A stretch of DNA of 64,000 nucleotides from Verrucomicrobiia bacterium (GCA_963664225.1 OY760937.1:736001-800000); one strand, 5' to 3'; counted from the first letter of the stretch, positions 50,471-62,202 are shown. Translations and numbers: made by a program. The notes: generated by a model from the letters alone, not told the origin.

Positions 50471-51850
50471 TTAAGTTCGCATTTTAACAGCCAACAGAAG
50501 TCCGAGACACTGCACGCAGTCGCGCAACTGTGCCAGAGAAATTGTCAGGGGGGGTGTGAAGCTGACGATGTTACCGTGTTCGCCTTCTGGAAGCAGCAGA
50601 TAGCCGTGGCGGAGCAAATCCTTGATGATTTTCATGGTCAGCGAGGTGGCGGGCAGGCCATTGGGCATTCGAATTTCCAGCCCTGCCATCAAGCCCAGAC
50701 CGCGCGCTTGGAGATGACCGGGAAAGCCCGGTTCCAGGTGTTTCAGGAGGTCCAACAACGTCAGACCAAGGCGCGCGCTGCGTTCGACCAAGTTGCGATT
50801 GGCGATTTCGGCGATCTGGGCCAGGGCCATGGCGCAGCCCACAGGGTGACCCAGGAAGGTGCTTGTGTGCAGGGCTTCGCCATTGGAAGGAGGCCAGGCG
50901 CGGTCCATGATGTCAGCCCGGCCAACGCAGGCGGAAAGAGGGAAACCGCCTGTGAGGGCTTTGCCCAGGCAAATAAGGTCAGGAATGGTCTGGGCATGCT
51001 CGCAAGCAAACCACCGGCCCGTCCGACCAAAGCCGGTATAAATCTCATCGGCCACGAGCAGCAGGCCGTATTCGTTGCAAATCTCGCGCAATTTTGGAAG
51101 AAACGCAGGAGGGGGAATGTTGATTCCGCCACGGCCTTGAACTGGCTCGACCAGGATGGCTCCAATGGGCTGTTTTCGGAGAATTCGCCGGATGGCCGAT
51201 TCGGTTTGCACAAGGTCGAACTCGTTTTGCGGGAACGGCACAAAATGACCGAATTCACGAATCTGCGAGGCAAACGGGGTTCTGAAATACTCGCGATTTG
51301 TGACATTCAGCGCGCCATAACCCAGACCGTGATAGGCTTTCTCAAAAGCAATGACGCCGGGTTTGCCGGTGGCCAGGAGCGCGGTTTTTAAGGCGGCTTC
51401 GACGGCCTCGAATCCCGAGTTGCAGAAGATGGTTTTGCCGGTGAGCAGTTTGTTTGCGGCATCCTTGTTGAATGAGCTCCAACGTTCAAAGGTGATGCGG
51501 CTTAATTCGCGCGCCAGTTGGGCCTTAAGCGCGTGGGGATGGACATCGCCCATGGCATGCAAAAGAATTTGCATCTGGCGCTGGCCGCTTTTGACCACGC
51601 GGGGATTTGCATGACCGGCGGCAGCCACGCCAAAGGCCGCCGTCATATCGAGGTATTGCGTGCCGTCTTCGTCCCAAACGTGAACGCCCCGCGCCTTTTT
51701 CCAAACCACGGGCCACGAGCCATCCGGATCGATGTGGGTCACGTTGCGCGATTCGTATTGGCGGAGCAAGTCCAGGGTTTTGGACGAGACTTTTTTAAGA
51801 GAGGCCTTCTTCTTTATAGGGAGATGGGATGAGGCAGGGATTCGATGCAT
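50471..51850 (-). CDS. Class III PLP-dependent aminotransferase
   Basis: SGFEAVEAALK, YHG, EPVQGRGG, DEIYTGFGRTG, GKALTGG. Confidence 0.92.
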   Translation of the reverse strand: MHRIPASSHLPIKKKASLKKVSSKTLDLLRQYESRNVTHIDPDGSWPVVWKKARGVHVWDEDGTQYLDMTAAFGVAAAGHANPRVVKSGQRQMQILLHAMGDVHPHALKAQLARELSRITFERWSSFNKDAANKLLTGKTIFCNSGFEAVEAALKTALLATGKPGVIAFEKAYHGLGYGALNVTNREYFRTPFASQIREFGHFVPFPQNEFDLVQTESAIRRILRKQPIGAILVEPVQGRGGINIPPPAFLPKLREICNEYGLLLVADEIYTGFGRTGRWFACEHAQTIPDLICLGKALTGGFPLSACVGRADIMDRAWPPSNGEALHTSTFLGHPVGCAMALAQIAEIANRNLVERSARLGLTLLDLLKHLEPGFPGHLQARGLGLMAGLEIRMPNGLPATSLTMKIIKDLLRHGYLLLPEGEHGNIVSFTPPLTISLAQLRDCVQCLGLLLAVKMRT

Positions 51851-51853
51851 GGG

Positions 51854-52621
51854 TCAAACTCCTCGAGCTTCCGAAGGCCAAATAACCTTGTGCATCTGGA
51901 CCTGGAAACGGACAGGCAGGGCGTCCGCGATGATTCGATCAGCCAGTTCACGCTGGGTGATCGGCGTTTGATTTGCTGGCGCGGGTTTGACGACGGACTT
52001 CACACTGGATGGCGGCACTGGATGCGCCCAGGACAGGAGAATGGGGCAAATGTCCAGCAGCCGATGTTCAGCAATGCAGTTTTTGGTCCATTCGTAATCC
52101 TGGCGGGAGGTGATCACAAATTTGACTTCGTCTGTCGAACGGAGCAGGGGAATGTTGTCCCACCGGTTGCGTTCGGATTCACCGCTGCCCGGGCATTTGA
52201 TGTCCATGATCCGATGCACCCTGGGATCCACGGGACCGATGTCCAGCGCGCCGCTGGTTTCCAAGAGCACGGTGTAGTTGCGGTCGCAGAGGTCGCGCAT
52301 TAGCACCAGTGAGTTGGCCTGGAGCAGTGGTTCGCCACCGGTCAATTCGATAAGAGGAAGATTGTGAGGCAATCCGGCAGGGCTGGCCTTCGGGCCCATG
52401 GACACAATTTTATCGAGGATTTCATCCAGTCCCATGGGACGGCCTTCGCCAAAGGCATAGGTGGTGTCACAATAGGAACAGCGCAAATTGCAGGCCGTGA
52501 GGCGAACGAAAATACACGGCAAACCCGCAAAGGTGCTTTCCCCTTGCAGGCTGGCATAGATTTCGTTGACGATCAGTTGATCCGCGCCTGATGCGTTTTT
52601 CGTGTCATCCACCGAGGGCAT
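51854..52621 (-). CDS. queE: 7-carboxy-7-deazaguanine synthase (radical SAM)
   Basis: SLQGE, FVRL..CNLRCSYCDT, TGGEP, ETSG, QMHK. Confidence 0.9.
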   Translation of the reverse strand: MPSVDDTKNASGADQLIVNEIYASLQGESTFAGLPCIFVRLTACNLRCSYCDTTYAFGEGRPMGLDEILDKIVSMGPKASPAGLPHNLPLIELTGGEPLLQANSLVLMRDLCDRNYTVLLETSGALDIGPVDPRVHRIMDIKCPGSGESERNRWDNIPLLRSTDEVKFVITSRQDYEWTKNCIAEHRLLDICPILLSWAHPVPPSSVKSVVKPAPANQTPITQRELADRIIADALPVRFQVQMHKVIWPSEARGV

Positions 52622-52624
52622 AAA

Positions 52625-54220
52625 TTATTTCCACAGGTATTTCCATCCGCGTGACTCAATATCGATGTTTTGGCCATTGATCTCAACTGATGCGGAAGAA
52701 TTATTGAAGTTTTCGATCACCCAACTGTGATCGGCAAACAGATAGAGCGAAACGCCATTGGGCGCTTTGAAGGTCGTCTTGAAGGGTTTGAGGAACGGTT
52801 CCCGCAGAGTGGCGAGGTCATCGGCGGATAAGGTGAGCAAGGACTTGGGATCTCCCGAGACTTTCAGGATGTGAACATTGGGCGCATCCAGTGGGATTTG
52901 CGATTCAATGCGTTTGGCAAGACCATCGGTCAGGAGCACGGGTTTCTTTGACGCAATATAGGTTTTAAGCTGGTCGATAAAGTGGGGGTCCTTCAGGGCG
53001 TGAATTGAAAAGAAGGCGGCGGGGGCCTTCGAGGGAAATTCGTGGCAAGGATCGAGAGGCAGACCGAGCATGCCGACAAAATCAAAGACGCGGGCTTCCT
53101 TTTCCGGATGACTATTGGCGGGTTTATAGGCGGCGATGCCGGTCAGTTTGCGTTTGCTGACTTCCCTGGCGACCGTGATCAGTTCTGGAACATTGGCGCG
53201 AAAGGCCACCACATCCTTGGGGCCGGTCTGACTTTGCAGGCCGCCGTAACAGAAGAGGAACGATTCGCGCGCGCCGCCCAGGATCGTTTGCCGGGCTTGT
53301 TCGACATAGGTCTGTTCCGTTGTGCCGAGCCAATCGAACCAGCCGCCGCCGCATTTGGAACCGCCAATGCCACCGAGCCAGCGCATGATGAAGAAGCCCT
53401 CGTATTGGGGGGTGCCGCCCCAGTTCTTATTCGTATAATCGCGGGTCTCGGTGCCAACCCAGATGCGGTCGAAATCCGCCGTTTCACGGACGACCTCGTA
53501 ACCTCGATCCTGGAACTGGTCGTACCATTGCGGGTATTTAATGATGACCTTGCACTTTGGATTTATGGCTTTGGAGGCAGCGAGGACGTTGAGACGGGAG
53601 AGTTGAACCATCAGTTCGCAACGGTAGTCTTCCCAGGTATCCCCGGACACGGGAAAGGATGCGGAACCAATTTTAACGGTCTTCGACAATCGGGCGGCGG
53701 AGCAGTCAGGGCATTTGCAATCGGTAAACCAGAAGTCGTCGATCATGATTTCATCGAAGAGACCGGCGGTGTATTCAAAGATGGATTTGAGGCGGTTTTG
53801 TGTGGGGATATCCGTATAGCAGGAGATCGTATCTTTCGAGGCCGAGGAGGGTTTGCCAACCTGGGTGGTGGTGACACAGCCGGAAACAAGAAAACCTTTT
53901 GCCGTAAAACGATCACGGGCCGCGATCATGGTTTCGCGGGGCGCCTGGTAGCCATCGCGAAAGGTTTCCAGAAAAACATGGGTCACGCCTGTGGCATGGC
54001 ACCAGTCGATGGCCTTATCGATGCCGACGTCGTTCGACAGGCTGTCGCGCATGTCCTGCGCTGTGAACAGCGTGGCAAAGCGATGGATATTGACCTGCTT
54101 CGACGCGAGAGTCCACAGGTCACCGGAGGCATTGGTCGATTCGGCGGGCGCGTTTTGAGGAAAGAGTCCGACGCAAATCAGCATCATGCCACAGAGGAAG
54201 CAATGCAGGTTGTTTAGCAT
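52625..54220 (-). CDS. Secreted hypothetical protein, possibly a glycoside hydrolase-like TIM barrel
   Basis: Long ORF with signal peptide; DEIMIDDF and C.C..C motifs; family not recognised. Confidence 0.6.
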   Translation of the reverse strand: MLNNLHCFLCGMMLICVGLFPQNAPAESTNASGDLWTLASKQVNIHRFATLFTAQDMRDSLSNDVGIDKAIDWCHATGVTHVFLETFRDGYQAPRETMIAARDRFTAKGFLVSGCVTTTQVGKPSSASKDTISCYTDIPTQNRLKSIFEYTAGLFDEIMIDDFWFTDCKCPDCSAARLSKTVKIGSASFPVSGDTWEDYRCELMVQLSRLNVLAASKAINPKCKVIIKYPQWYDQFQDRGYEVVRETADFDRIWVGTETRDYTNKNWGGTPQYEGFFIMRWLGGIGGSKCGGGWFDWLGTTEQTYVEQARQTILGGARESFLFCYGGLQSQTGPKDVVAFRANVPELITVAREVSKRKLTGIAAYKPANSHPEKEARVFDFVGMLGLPLDPCHEFPSKAPAAFFSIHALKDPHFIDQLKTYIASKKPVLLTDGLAKRIESQIPLDAPNVHILKVSGDPKSLLTLSADDLATLREPFLKPFKTTFKAPNGVSLYLFADHSWVIENFNNSSASVEINGQNIDIESRGWKYLWK

Positions 54221-54266
54221 GAATTGAGCATAGCCAATATGGGGTTTCTGCGGCAATATTATACTT

Positions 54267-55250
54267 ATGAAACGCATGGTGGCGATTTTGGCAATGGGAC
54301 TTATTTGCGGGTTTGCTTGCGCGCGATCGGCGGAGCGTGTCTCTGAGCCGACCGTTTACAAGGGGATGAGCGACGCTTCGGGCGCGGTGCCGTTGGGGAA
54401 TCGTTATTTTGCGGTGGCGGACGACGAGAGCAATCCATTGCGGATTTATCGGCGCGATGTGGGAGGCCCGCCGGTCCAGGAAGTCGATTTGTCGGGGTTC
54501 CTGGGATACGATCCCAAGTTGCGCGAAGCCGATTGGGAAGCGGGCACCTTGATGGGGAACCGGGCGTTCTGGATCGGATCGCATGGCGCCAACCGGGAGG
54601 GTAAAAACAAACCGAGCCGACACAGGCTTTTTGCAACCGAACTTCAGATTGACGGGGACAATATCAAGCTGACCCCTGTGGGCCAGCCTTACCAGAGCCT
54701 GTTGTCCGACCTGATTCACGCTCCACAACTTTCCGCGTTCGATTTCGAAAGGGGCGCCGAAAAGCCCCCGAAATCCGAGGGGGCATTGAATATCGAAGGT
54801 CTATGCGCAACGCCGGACAAACAGTTATTGATCGGTTTTCGCAATCCCGTTCCTCAAGGCAAGGCGCTGATTGTGCCGCTGAAAAATTCGGACGAGGTCA
54901 TATTCGGAAAGGCCGCACAACTTGGGGATCCCATCCTGTTGGATTTAGGTGGATTGGGAATACGGGATATCGCGTATTACGACGGCACGTATGTTATCAT
55001 TGGCGGGTCCTACCATGAAGGAGGAGCGTTTAAGTTGTTTTTCTGGAAGGGGCCCGGGCACGAGCCCAAACACATCAAACATCTTTCCTTCAAGGGGCTG
55101 AATCCGGAGGCCATCATCATTTATCCCGACAAGGGATTGAGCGAGATTCAACTACTGAGCGATGACGGGACAAAGACCGTCAATGGCATTGCCGCCAGGG
55201 AGACGCCATTTGTGGATCGGCAGTTTCGCGCCATCTGGGTCAAGCCCTGA
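54267..55250 (+). CDS. DUF3616-like secreted protein
   Basis: Signal peptide; VADDE, WIGSH, LNIEGL, IGFRNP, LGGLGIRD. Confidence 0.7.
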   Translation: MKRMVAILAMGLICGFACARSAERVSEPTVYKGMSDASGAVPLGNRYFAVADDESNPLRIYRRDVGGPPVQEVDLSGFLGYDPKLREADWEAGTLMGNRAFWIGSHGANREGKNKPSRHRLFATELQIDGDNIKLTPVGQPYQSLLSDLIHAPQLSAFDFERGAEKPPKSEGALNIEGLCATPDKQLLIGFRNPVPQGKALIVPLKNSDEVIFGKAAQLGDPILLDLGGLGIRDIAYYDGTYVIIGGSYHEGGAFKLFFWKGPGHEPKHIKHLSFKGLNPEAIIIYPDKGLSEIQLLSDDGTKTVNGIAARETPFVDRQFRAIWVKP

Positions 55251-55263
55251 GGTCGCCCGGAGT

Positions 55264-55638
55264 TCAATGTTTTTTTTGCGATATGGAGATGGCCTGCTGG
55301 GTGAGGCGTTTCTGGATGCTTCCGCAAACATGCTCGCACAGTTCGAAAATGGTGGGGTCCGAAATAAAATAATAGACGTTTAAACCGCTTTTTCGGCGGG
55401 AGAGGATTCCGGCCTGGGTCAGTGTGCGCAGATGGCGGGAGACATTGGCCTGCTGGGCGCCGGTATCCGCGATAAGTTCGGAGACGTTGCGTTCCCCATC
55501 TTTAAGGGCGGCAATCAATTTGAGGCGCATGGGCTCACCCAGGACGCGGAAGCGATCGGCGATCAAGGCGAGGGCATCCTGAGACAAAGGGAAGGGTGAC
55601 TTTCCATCGTGGATGGACTTGTTCGAAATCGTTTGCAT
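55264..55638 (-). CDS. ArsR/SmtB-family transcriptional regulator
   Basis: FRVLGEPMRLKLI, QANVSRHL, VYY, C-terminal CEHVC. Confidence 0.92.
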   Translation of the reverse strand: MQTISNKSIHDGKSPFPLSQDALALIADRFRVLGEPMRLKLIAALKDGERNVSELIADTGAQQANVSRHLRTLTQAGILSRRKSGLNVYYFISDPTIFELCEHVCGSIQKRLTQQAISISQKKH

Positions 55639-55645
55639 AATACGT

Positions 55646-55665
55646 ATATGACTATATAGTAATAT
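55646..55665. promoter_or_regulatory. Candidate ArsR operator palindrome
   Basis: ATATGACTATATAGTAATAT: 20-bp dyad with one mismatched pair, between divergent arsR and the efflux operon. Confidence 0.55.
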
Positions 55666-55743
55666 TAACGCTCAGGGCAGTCTCGTCAAGCGCGGGTGCG
55701 CGGGAGGATGGTGAATCCGGGGTGTTCGCGAAAAATACATACT

Positions 55744-55944
55744 ATGAAATTGGAGAGCGCAATCAGGATTCTGGCCGGGTCGCTGGTTTTGATAAGCCTG
55801 GCACTGGCGCATTGGGTCAGCCCGTATTGGTTGTGGCTGACGGCGTTTGTCGGGTTCAATCTGATTCAGTCGGCCTTTACCGGATTTTGTCCGGCCGAAA
55901 TTATTTTCAAGAAGTTGGGAGTTGGGAAACGGGACAAAAACTGA
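55744..55944 (+). CDS. DUF2892 (YgaP-like) small membrane protein
   Basis: IRILAGSLVL..FVGFNLIQSAFTGFCP. Confidence 0.85.
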   Translation: MKLESAIRILAGSLVLISLALAHWVSPYWLWLTAFVGFNLIQSAFTGFCPAEIIFKKLGVGKRDKN

Positions 55945-55967
55945 CGGTCTTGCCCGCAAGGAAAATC

Positions 55968-57002
55968 ATGAATCACAAGGGATATCGGGTATTGGTCATC
56001 TGGTTGTCGATGGCTGTAGTTTGGGTGTCGGGTTGCTCCAAGTCGGATTCACTCTCCTCCGCAACCACCATTGCTCCGATGCGCGTCAAGACAGCGAAGG
56101 CGACTTTGGAACGACGTCAGGCGATTGAGGAAGTGGTGGGAACGGTGCGCCCCAAACTCAGCGCTGTGATATCCGCGAAGATTACAGGAGCCATTGAGCA
56201 GGTGGCCGTGGTTCCCGGACAGGCTGTGAAAACGGGCGAATTACTGATCCAACTCGATGCGCGTGAGGCCCGGTCGCGGGTGGACCAGGCTTCGGCGGTC
56301 CTTGAGCAGACCCGCAACGATATTGGGCGGTTCGATCGCCTGCTTGCCGACAAAGCGGTGACCCAGCAGGAATATGACGTGGTAAAGGCCCGGCAACTTG
56401 TGGCACAGGCCACCATGACCGAAGCGGAAACGATGCTCAGTTATACGCGCATCACCGCGCCATTCGATGGAGTGATCACGCGCAAGCATGCGGATGTGGG
56501 GGATTTATCCGCGCCGGGAAAGACCTTGCTTGAAATGGAAGCACCGGGGGAGTTGCGTTTGGAGGCGGATGTGTCCGAAGCCGCAATGGCGCGTGTCGTT
56601 CAGGGAGAGAAAATGATGGTGAACATACCCGCGGCAACGGCTCAATTGGAGGCTACGGTTTCTGAAATTGCACCTGCCGCAGATGCCGGAAGCCGCACGG
56701 TGCTGGTCAAACTGGACCTTCCAAAGGTCTCAGGCATCCGCAGTGGACAGTTTGGAAGGGTGTTTGTGCCTGTGGCGGATGTGGAGGCACTGCGGGTTCC
56801 AGCGGAGTCCGTGATTCATCGGGGACAACTGGAGATCCTGTTTGTCGTGGCCGATCAGAAGGCTCAAATGCGGCTGGTGAAAACGGGCAAGAAAATCGGG
56901 ACGCAAGTGGAGGTGGTTTCGGGATTGATGCCGGGTGAAACCTATGTGGCGGATGGAGCGGCGGCATTAACGGACGGCCAGGCGGTGGAGGCACAGCCGT
57001 GA
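55968..57002 (+). CDS. RND efflux periplasmic adaptor (lipoprotein)
   Basis: VSGC lipobox, lipoyl-like halves, [14 protein letters not shown]. Confidence 0.9.
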   Translation: MNHKGYRVLVIWLSMAVVWVSGCSKSDSLSSATTIAPMRVKTAKATLERRQAIEEVVGTVRPKLSAVISAKITGAIEQVAVVPGQAVKTGELLIQLDAREARSRVDQASAVLEQTRNDIGRFDRLLADKAVTQQEYDVVKARQLVAQATMTEAETMLSYTRITAPFDGVITRKHADVGDLSAPGKTLLEMEAPGELRLEADVSEAAMARVVQGEKMMVNIPAATAQLEATVSEIAPAADAGSRTVLVKLDLPKVSGIRSGQFGRVFVPVADVEALRVPAESVIHRGQLEILFVVADQKAQMRLVKTGKKIGTQVEVVSGLMPGETYVADGAAALTDGQAVEAQP

Positions 57003-60000
57003 CGCAAAAAGAGACACCACGGCTGGGGATTGCCGGGCGAATAGCACATGCCTTTGTCGATTCCAAACTAACGCCGCTGATTATCGCCGCCTCGGTATTG
57101 CTGGGATTGGGAGCCGTTTGGCTGCTGCCCCGCGAGGAGGAACCGCAAATCAAGGTGCCGATGATCGACGTCCTGGTTTCGATGCCTGGCGCGGAGGCCC
57201 GGGAGATTGAGGAGCGCGTGACCCGACCCATGGAAAAACTGCTCTGGGAAATTCCGGGGGTTGAATACATTTATTCCACATCCAGTCCCGGACAGAGCCT
57301 GGTCATTGTGCGATTCCTGGTGGGTGAAGATGTCGAGCGCAGCCTGGTGAAGTTGAACCAAAAGCTGCAGATGAATTTCGACCGTATCCCACACGGTGTT
57401 TCACAGCCTTTAATCAAGCCTCGCACCATCGATGACGTGCCGATATTGAGCCTGACTTTTCATGGAGAGCCATACGATCACCTGATGCTCAGACGCGTGG
57501 TGGCCCAGGTGGACGATGCGCTCAAGCAGGTGCCATTGGTATCCGAAACGACGATCATCGGCGGGGCGCGCAAACAGGTGCGCGTGCAATTGGATCCCGC
57601 CCGGCTGGCTTCACGGAACCTGAGTCCCTCGGGACTCATCCCGATGCTGCAGCAAGCCAATCGGCAGTATGCGTCCGGGCAGTTGACCACCTTGAACAAG
57701 GAGGTCGTGATTGAGACGGGCGGATTCCTGACTTCGGCGGAGGACGCGGGGCATGTGGTCGTGGGAGTGTATCGGGGGAAACCGGTTTATTTAAAGGAAG
57801 TGGCGGATGTGGTGGATGGCGCCGAAGAACCCTCACAGTATGTGTTTTACGGTTGGGGTGCGGCCTCTGGCGGTCTTGCCAGCGAAGAACCGGCTGTCAC
57901 GCTGACGCTGGCCAAAAGGCCGGGTGCCAATGCAACCGATGTTGCGCATCAGGTGTTAAAGAAACTGGACACTTTGAAAGGGCGAATCATTCCCGCATCC
58001 ATCCAAGTCACCGTAACAAGGAACTATGGTGAGACAGCCGCCGAGAAATCGAACGAGCTTTTGCTCCACATGCTGATTGCCGTGGTGGGGGTATCGCTGT
58101 TGATCTTGTTTGTCCTGGGCTGGCGGGAATCTCTGGTTGTGGGGATTGCCATTCCATCGACTCTGGCGCTGGCGTTGCTGGTTTTTTACCTCTACGGATA
58201 TACGCTCAATCGCATCACCCTCTTTGCGCTGATCTTTTCGATCGGCATCCTTGTGGATGATGCCATCGTGGTGATTGAGAATATCGTTCGGCACGCCCGC
58301 CTGCCGCATAATCACGGACGCAGTATGGCGGAGATTGCGGTTGAGGCGGTCAACGAGGTGGGGAATCCAACCATACTGGCAACCTGGGCTGTCATCGCGG
58401 CCATCCTGCCCATGGCCACAGTGGGTGGTTTGATGGGACCGTATATGCGGCCGATCCCGATTGGCGCGAGCGCGGCGATGTTCTTTTCATTGGCCATCGC
58501 ATTTATTGTCACGCCATGGGCCGCAGTGCGGCTGTTAAAGGGATCGCATGTGACGCCGCCGGTAGCGAACAAGGAAACTGCACAAGGGCCTTCGATGGCA
58601 GACAAGCCTTTTGCTCATGAAGAGGATTGGTTTACCCGGCATTATCGTGCGGTGATGGGGCCGTTGCTCTCGCATCGCGGTTGGCGCTGGGGTTTTCTTG
58701 GAGGCATCACCTTGTTATTCATAGGGGCCATGTCGCTGGTCCTCATTGGATGGGTGAAAGTCAAAATGCTGCCATTCGATAACAAGAGCGAATTTCAAAT
58801 CATCTTGAATATGCCCGAGGGTAGCGCGCTGGAACGCACGGCGCAGGCCGCCCGTGAAATCGCGGCGGCCATCCGTAGCGAACCCGAAGTCACCGACTAT
58901 CAGATTTACACCGGTGTGGCGTCGCCTTTTAATTTTAATGGGCTGGTGCGCCATTATTTCATGCGGCGAGGGGCTTATGTGGCGGATATACAAGTGAATC
59001 TGGTCGGCAAAGGCCAGCGCAAGGCGAAGAGTCATCAGATCGCGGTGCGGGTAAGACCGCGTGTCGCGGCCATAGCCGCCAAATACGGGGCGAGGGTGGC
59101 GGTGACTGAAGTGCCACCGGGACCTCCGGTTCTTCAGACACTGGTGGCCGAGGTTTATGGACCCGATGAGGCGTCAAGACTGGATCTCTCAAACAAGGTT
59201 CGGGAAATATTCCAACACACGCCGGGCGTGGTCGATGTGGATTGGTATATGGAGGCTGACCAGCCCAAAGCGCGGTTTGTCATTGATAAGGAAAAGGCGG
59301 CGTTGCATGGCATCAGCGCGGAGACCATCTCGCAAACCTTGAAAATCGCGGTCGAGGGTATTTCCGTGGATCTGGTGCATCAGCCCAGAGAAAAAGAGGA
59401 TGTGGACCTGGTTCTGGAATTGCCGCGTTCCGCCCGAACCACACCGGATGAATTGCTGGCGCTGCGAGTTCGTTCCGGAGACGCCAACGCCCTTACGGAG
59501 CCCGGTTCGGGTGGCGTCGCGCCGCTGGTGCCATTGCGGGAATTGGTGCGTGTCGAAAACACCATCACCGACAAAAGCATTTATCATAAGAACCTGATGC
59601 CCGTGCGGTATGTGATCGGGGATGTCGCCGACGCCATCGAAAGCCCGGTGTATGCCATTTTCAAGATGAACACAGAGTTAAAGAAGCTCAGCTTCAACGA
59701 GGGTGGAAGCACCAATGGCAGGCTGCGTATTTACAACGCGAGCCAGCCGTTCAGCGATATTCAGCCGGGACTCAAATGGGACGGCGAATGGCACATCACG
59801 CTCGAAGTCTTTCGTGATTTGGGCACTGCATTTGCCGCAGTGCTGGTGCTCATTTACATCTTAATGGTGGGGTGGTTTCGCTCATTTCTGACGCCGCTGG
59901 TGGTGATGATGGCCATACCGTTTTCGCTCGTGGGCATCATGCCGGCGCATGGTCTGATGGGCGCCTTTTTTACAGCCACGTCCATGATCGGCTTTATGGC

Positions 60001-60307
60001 CGGGGCTGGAATTGTGGTGCGTAATTCCATCATCCTGGTTGATTTCATCGAACAGCGCATTGCCGAGGGAATGCCCCTGGCCGAGGCGGTGGTCGATGCG
60101 GGCGCGGTTCGATTTCGCCCCATGCTATTAACGGCCATGGCCGTTGTGGTGGGTGCGGCGGTGATTCTCGCGGATCCCATATTTCAAGGACTGGCCATAT
60201 CGCTGATGGCGGGAGAAATCGCGTCACTGTTCATCAGTCGAATGGCGGTGCCGGTGCTTTATTTCATGGCCTACGATAAAAAGCAGCAGCGCAGCGGATC
60301 GGTTTAA
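56999..60307 (+). CDS. RND efflux permease
   Basis: [43 protein letters not shown]. Confidence 0.95.
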   Translation: MTQKETPRLGIAGRIAHAFVDSKLTPLIIAASVLLGLGAVWLLPREEEPQIKVPMIDVLVSMPGAEAREIEERVTRPMEKLLWEIPGVEYIYSTSSPGQSLVIVRFLVGEDVERSLVKLNQKLQMNFDRIPHGVSQPLIKPRTIDDVPILSLTFHGEPYDHLMLRRVVAQVDDALKQVPLVSETTIIGGARKQVRVQLDPARLASRNLSPSGLIPMLQQANRQYASGQLTTLNKEVVIETGGFLTSAEDAGHVVVGVYRGKPVYLKEVADVVDGAEEPSQYVFYGWGAASGGLASEEPAVTLTLAKRPGANATDVAHQVLKKLDTLKGRIIPASIQVTVTRNYGETAAEKSNELLLHMLIAVVGVSLLILFVLGWRESLVVGIAIPSTLALALLVFYLYGYTLNRITLFALIFSIGILVDDAIVVIENIVRHARLPHNHGRSMAEIAVEAVNEVGNPTILATWAVIAAILPMATVGGLMGPYMRPIPIGASAAMFFSLAIAFIVTPWAAVRLLKGSHVTPPVANKETAQGPSMADKPFAHEEDWFTRHYRAVMGPLLSHRGWRWGFLGGITLLFIGAMSLVLIGWVKVKMLPFDNKSEFQIILNMPEGSALERTAQAAREIAAAIRSEPEVTDYQIYTGVASPFNFNGLVRHYFMRRGAYVADIQVNLVGKGQRKAKSHQIAVRVRPRVAAIAAKYGARVAVTEVPPGPPVLQTLVAEVYGPDEASRLDLSNKVREIFQHTPGVVDVDWYMEADQPKARFVIDKEKAALHGISAETISQTLKIAVEGISVDLVHQPREKEDVDLVLELPRSARTTPDELLALRVRSGDANALTEPGSGGVAPLVPLRELVRVENTITDKSIYHKNLMPVRYVIGDVADAIESPVYAIFKMNTELKKLSFNEGGSTNGRLRIYNASQPFSDIQPGLKWDGEWHITLEVFRDLGTAFAAVLVLIYILMVGWFRSFLTPLVVMMAIPFSLVGIMPAHGLMGAFFTATSMIGFMAGAGIVVRNSIILVDFIEQRIAEGMPLAEAVVDAGAVRFRPMLLTAMAVVVGAAVILADPIFQGLAISLMAGEIASLFISRMAVPVLYFMAYDKKQQRSGSV

Positions 60308-60338
60308 TGAGAGGCGCGATGGAATGCCATTTGGAATG

Positions 60339-61154
60339 CTATTCCATGCCGCGCGTTTGAATTCTCAGCTTTTTTTCGATCGTGGGACGGTCCACTGCGG
60401 CGAGGGCGTCCAATAAGCGGACTTGAAAAGTCCCGGGAAGCGGTGTGCCTTGGGCGGCCAGTTCGCCCGCGATGCCAAACACACCCAGTGCGGCCGTTGC
60501 AGCGACAAATGCCTCTTTTTCCCTGGCACAAAACGCGGCGGTGATGGCGGAAGCGGAGCAACCGGTGCCTGTGATTCGCCCCATGAGCGCATGGCCGTTT
60601 GCGATCAAAGCGACACGCTGACCGTCCGTGACAAAATCTTCAGGACCGGTCATCGCCACCGTCACTCCATATTTTTTGGCCAGCGATCTGGCGGCGGCGT
60701 GAGCCGTGTCCATTGCGTCCTGGGAATCCACCCCACGCGTGCGGGATGGCTGGTCAGAAAGGGTCAGAATTTCAGAGGCGTTTCCGCGGATTACGGCGGG
60801 CTTGAGTTCCGCGATAAGGCGTTTGGCGGTATCCGTTCGAAAATGGGTCGCACCCGCCCCAACAGGATCCAGAACGATGGGAATCTTGAGCCGATTGGCG
60901 GCCCGGCCCGCCAGCAACATGGCATCGATCCAGGGTGTCGAAAGGGTGCCGATGTTCAGGACCAGGGCCCCGGATAATGCAACCATTTCCTCCACCTCTT
61001 CCGGGGCATGCGCCATTACAGGCGAAGCTCCCAATGCAAGCAGCACATTTGCGGTGAAATTCATCACCACGAAGTTGGTGATATTATGAATCAACGGCGG
61101 ATTGTTGCGAATGGCTTCCAACAGATCCGCCGTTTTTGCGGGCCAATTACTCAA
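60339..61154 (-). CDS. thiM: Hydroxyethylthiazole kinase
   Basis: HNITNFV, GASPVM, NIGTL, LDPVGAG, RGNASEI, TGTGC. Confidence 0.95.
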   Translation of the reverse strand: MSNWPAKTADLLEAIRNNPPLIHNITNFVVMNFTANVLLALGASPVMAHAPEEVEEMVALSGALVLNIGTLSTPWIDAMLLAGRAANRLKIPIVLDPVGAGATHFRTDTAKRLIAELKPAVIRGNASEILTLSDQPSRTRGVDSQDAMDTAHAAARSLAKKYGVTVAMTGPEDFVTDGQRVALIANGHALMGRITGTGCSASAITAAFCAREKEAFVAATAALGVFGIAGELAAQGTPLPGTFQVRLLDALAAVDRPTIEKKLRIQTRGME

Positions 61155-61217
61155 GCGGTTTCCTTTGAAAAAAAACTGGACGTAAGTGAAAAAGCTTCTG
61201 GGAGGACCATTGTTGAA

Positions 61218-61270
61218 CCCCTCTCCTCATTCCTCTCCCCGTTCGTGCCAATTCAGGTTTTGGGGCGAGG
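61218..61270. repeat. Second empty copy of the CTCCCC..GGGGCGAG repeat
   Basis: TCGTGCCAATTCAGGTTTTGGGGCGAG identical to 19918-19944. Confidence 0.75.
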
Positions 61271-61322
61271 AGGTAGAACGCGCGTTCGGGTCATTCCGTT
61301 GAGTGAGGGCGTTTTCCGGACG

Positions 61323-61345
61323 CCGGGTGAGGGCACCCGGCCTAC
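61323..61345. repeat. Single GTAG-type REP of a different sequence class
   Basis: Minus strand GTAGG-CCGGGTG-CCCT-CACCCGG: GTAG foot plus 7-bp hairpin. Confidence 0.55.
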
Positions 61346-61438
61346 AGGGACAAAGCCTCGGACGCAATTTCATGTCGTTTTAAAGTTATATTCGGGTTCC
61401 TGAAGAATTTGTCGTGCGCCCAGAATTAACGTGTTTAA

Positions 61439-62173
61439 TCAATGAGACTTGCGTTTTTGCTCCAGAAGCCAGGTGTAGAGCTTGGGATTATTGTAGGTCT
61501 CCGTCCATGAATCATGACCCGCCTCGGGGTAAACAGTGAACTGCACGTTGCCTCCAGCCTCTTTGATGGCCTTGACCATGCGCTCGGACTGTTCCAAGGG
61601 AACCGTATTGTCCTTGCCGCCGTGGAACACCCAGATGGGGATATCCTTCAATTTGGACGCATCAGCCGGATTGCCACCCCCGCAGATGGGCACCAGGGCT
61701 GCGAAGCGCTCCGGATGAGCGGCCCCCAAGGCCCAGGTTCCATATCCGCCCATGCTCAGTCCGGTGAGATAAATGCGATCCTTGTCCACTTTGTATTTGG
61801 CAACAATATCGTCAAGAAGCGCATTCAGCACTTCAGGGTTCCAGCCGCGGCCCGAACTTTGCGGGGATACGAGGATGAACGGGAAGTCCTTTTTGGTTTC
61901 AACGATCTTGGCGGGACCATGTGCCTTGACTTTCGACAGGTCGTCACCCGATTCGCCGGATCCATGCAGAAAGAGCATCAGCGGCCATTGCTTGTCGGTC
62001 TTGCCATAATCCGTGGGCAGGAAGAGGAGATACTTGATGCGCGCCTTGGACTGGATGTCCTTTTCAAAAAGGTTTTCGCTCTGGCTTTGACCGCGAGCGG
62101 GCAGGGTGGATAGCGCGGTTAAAACGACCGCAACCATCAGAGATCCCAGTATCCGGGAACAGTTTGTTTTCAT
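61439..62173 (-). CDS. Secreted alpha/beta hydrolase (esterase/peptidase)
   Basis: FLHGSGE, GLSMGG, FHGGKD, GHDSW. Confidence 0.9.
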   Translation of the reverse strand: MKTNCSRILGSLMVAVVLTALSTLPARGQSQSENLFEKDIQSKARIKYLLFLPTDYGKTDKQWPLMLFLHGSGESGDDLSKVKAHGPAKIVETKKDFPFILVSPQSSGRGWNPEVLNALLDDIVAKYKVDKDRIYLTGLSMGGYGTWALGAAHPERFAALVPICGGGNPADASKLKDIPIWVFHGGKDNTVPLEQSERMVKAIKEAGGNVQFTVYPEAGHDSWTETYNNPKLYTWLLEQKRKSH

Positions 62174-62202
62174 AGGGCGTTATTTTTTAGAGGCCAGTTT
62201 GT

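Noticed and set aside
61155..61438. TPP riboswitch upstream of thiM
   Set aside because: Could not find the conserved CUGAGA-containing core on the minus strand; the region is occupied by repeats
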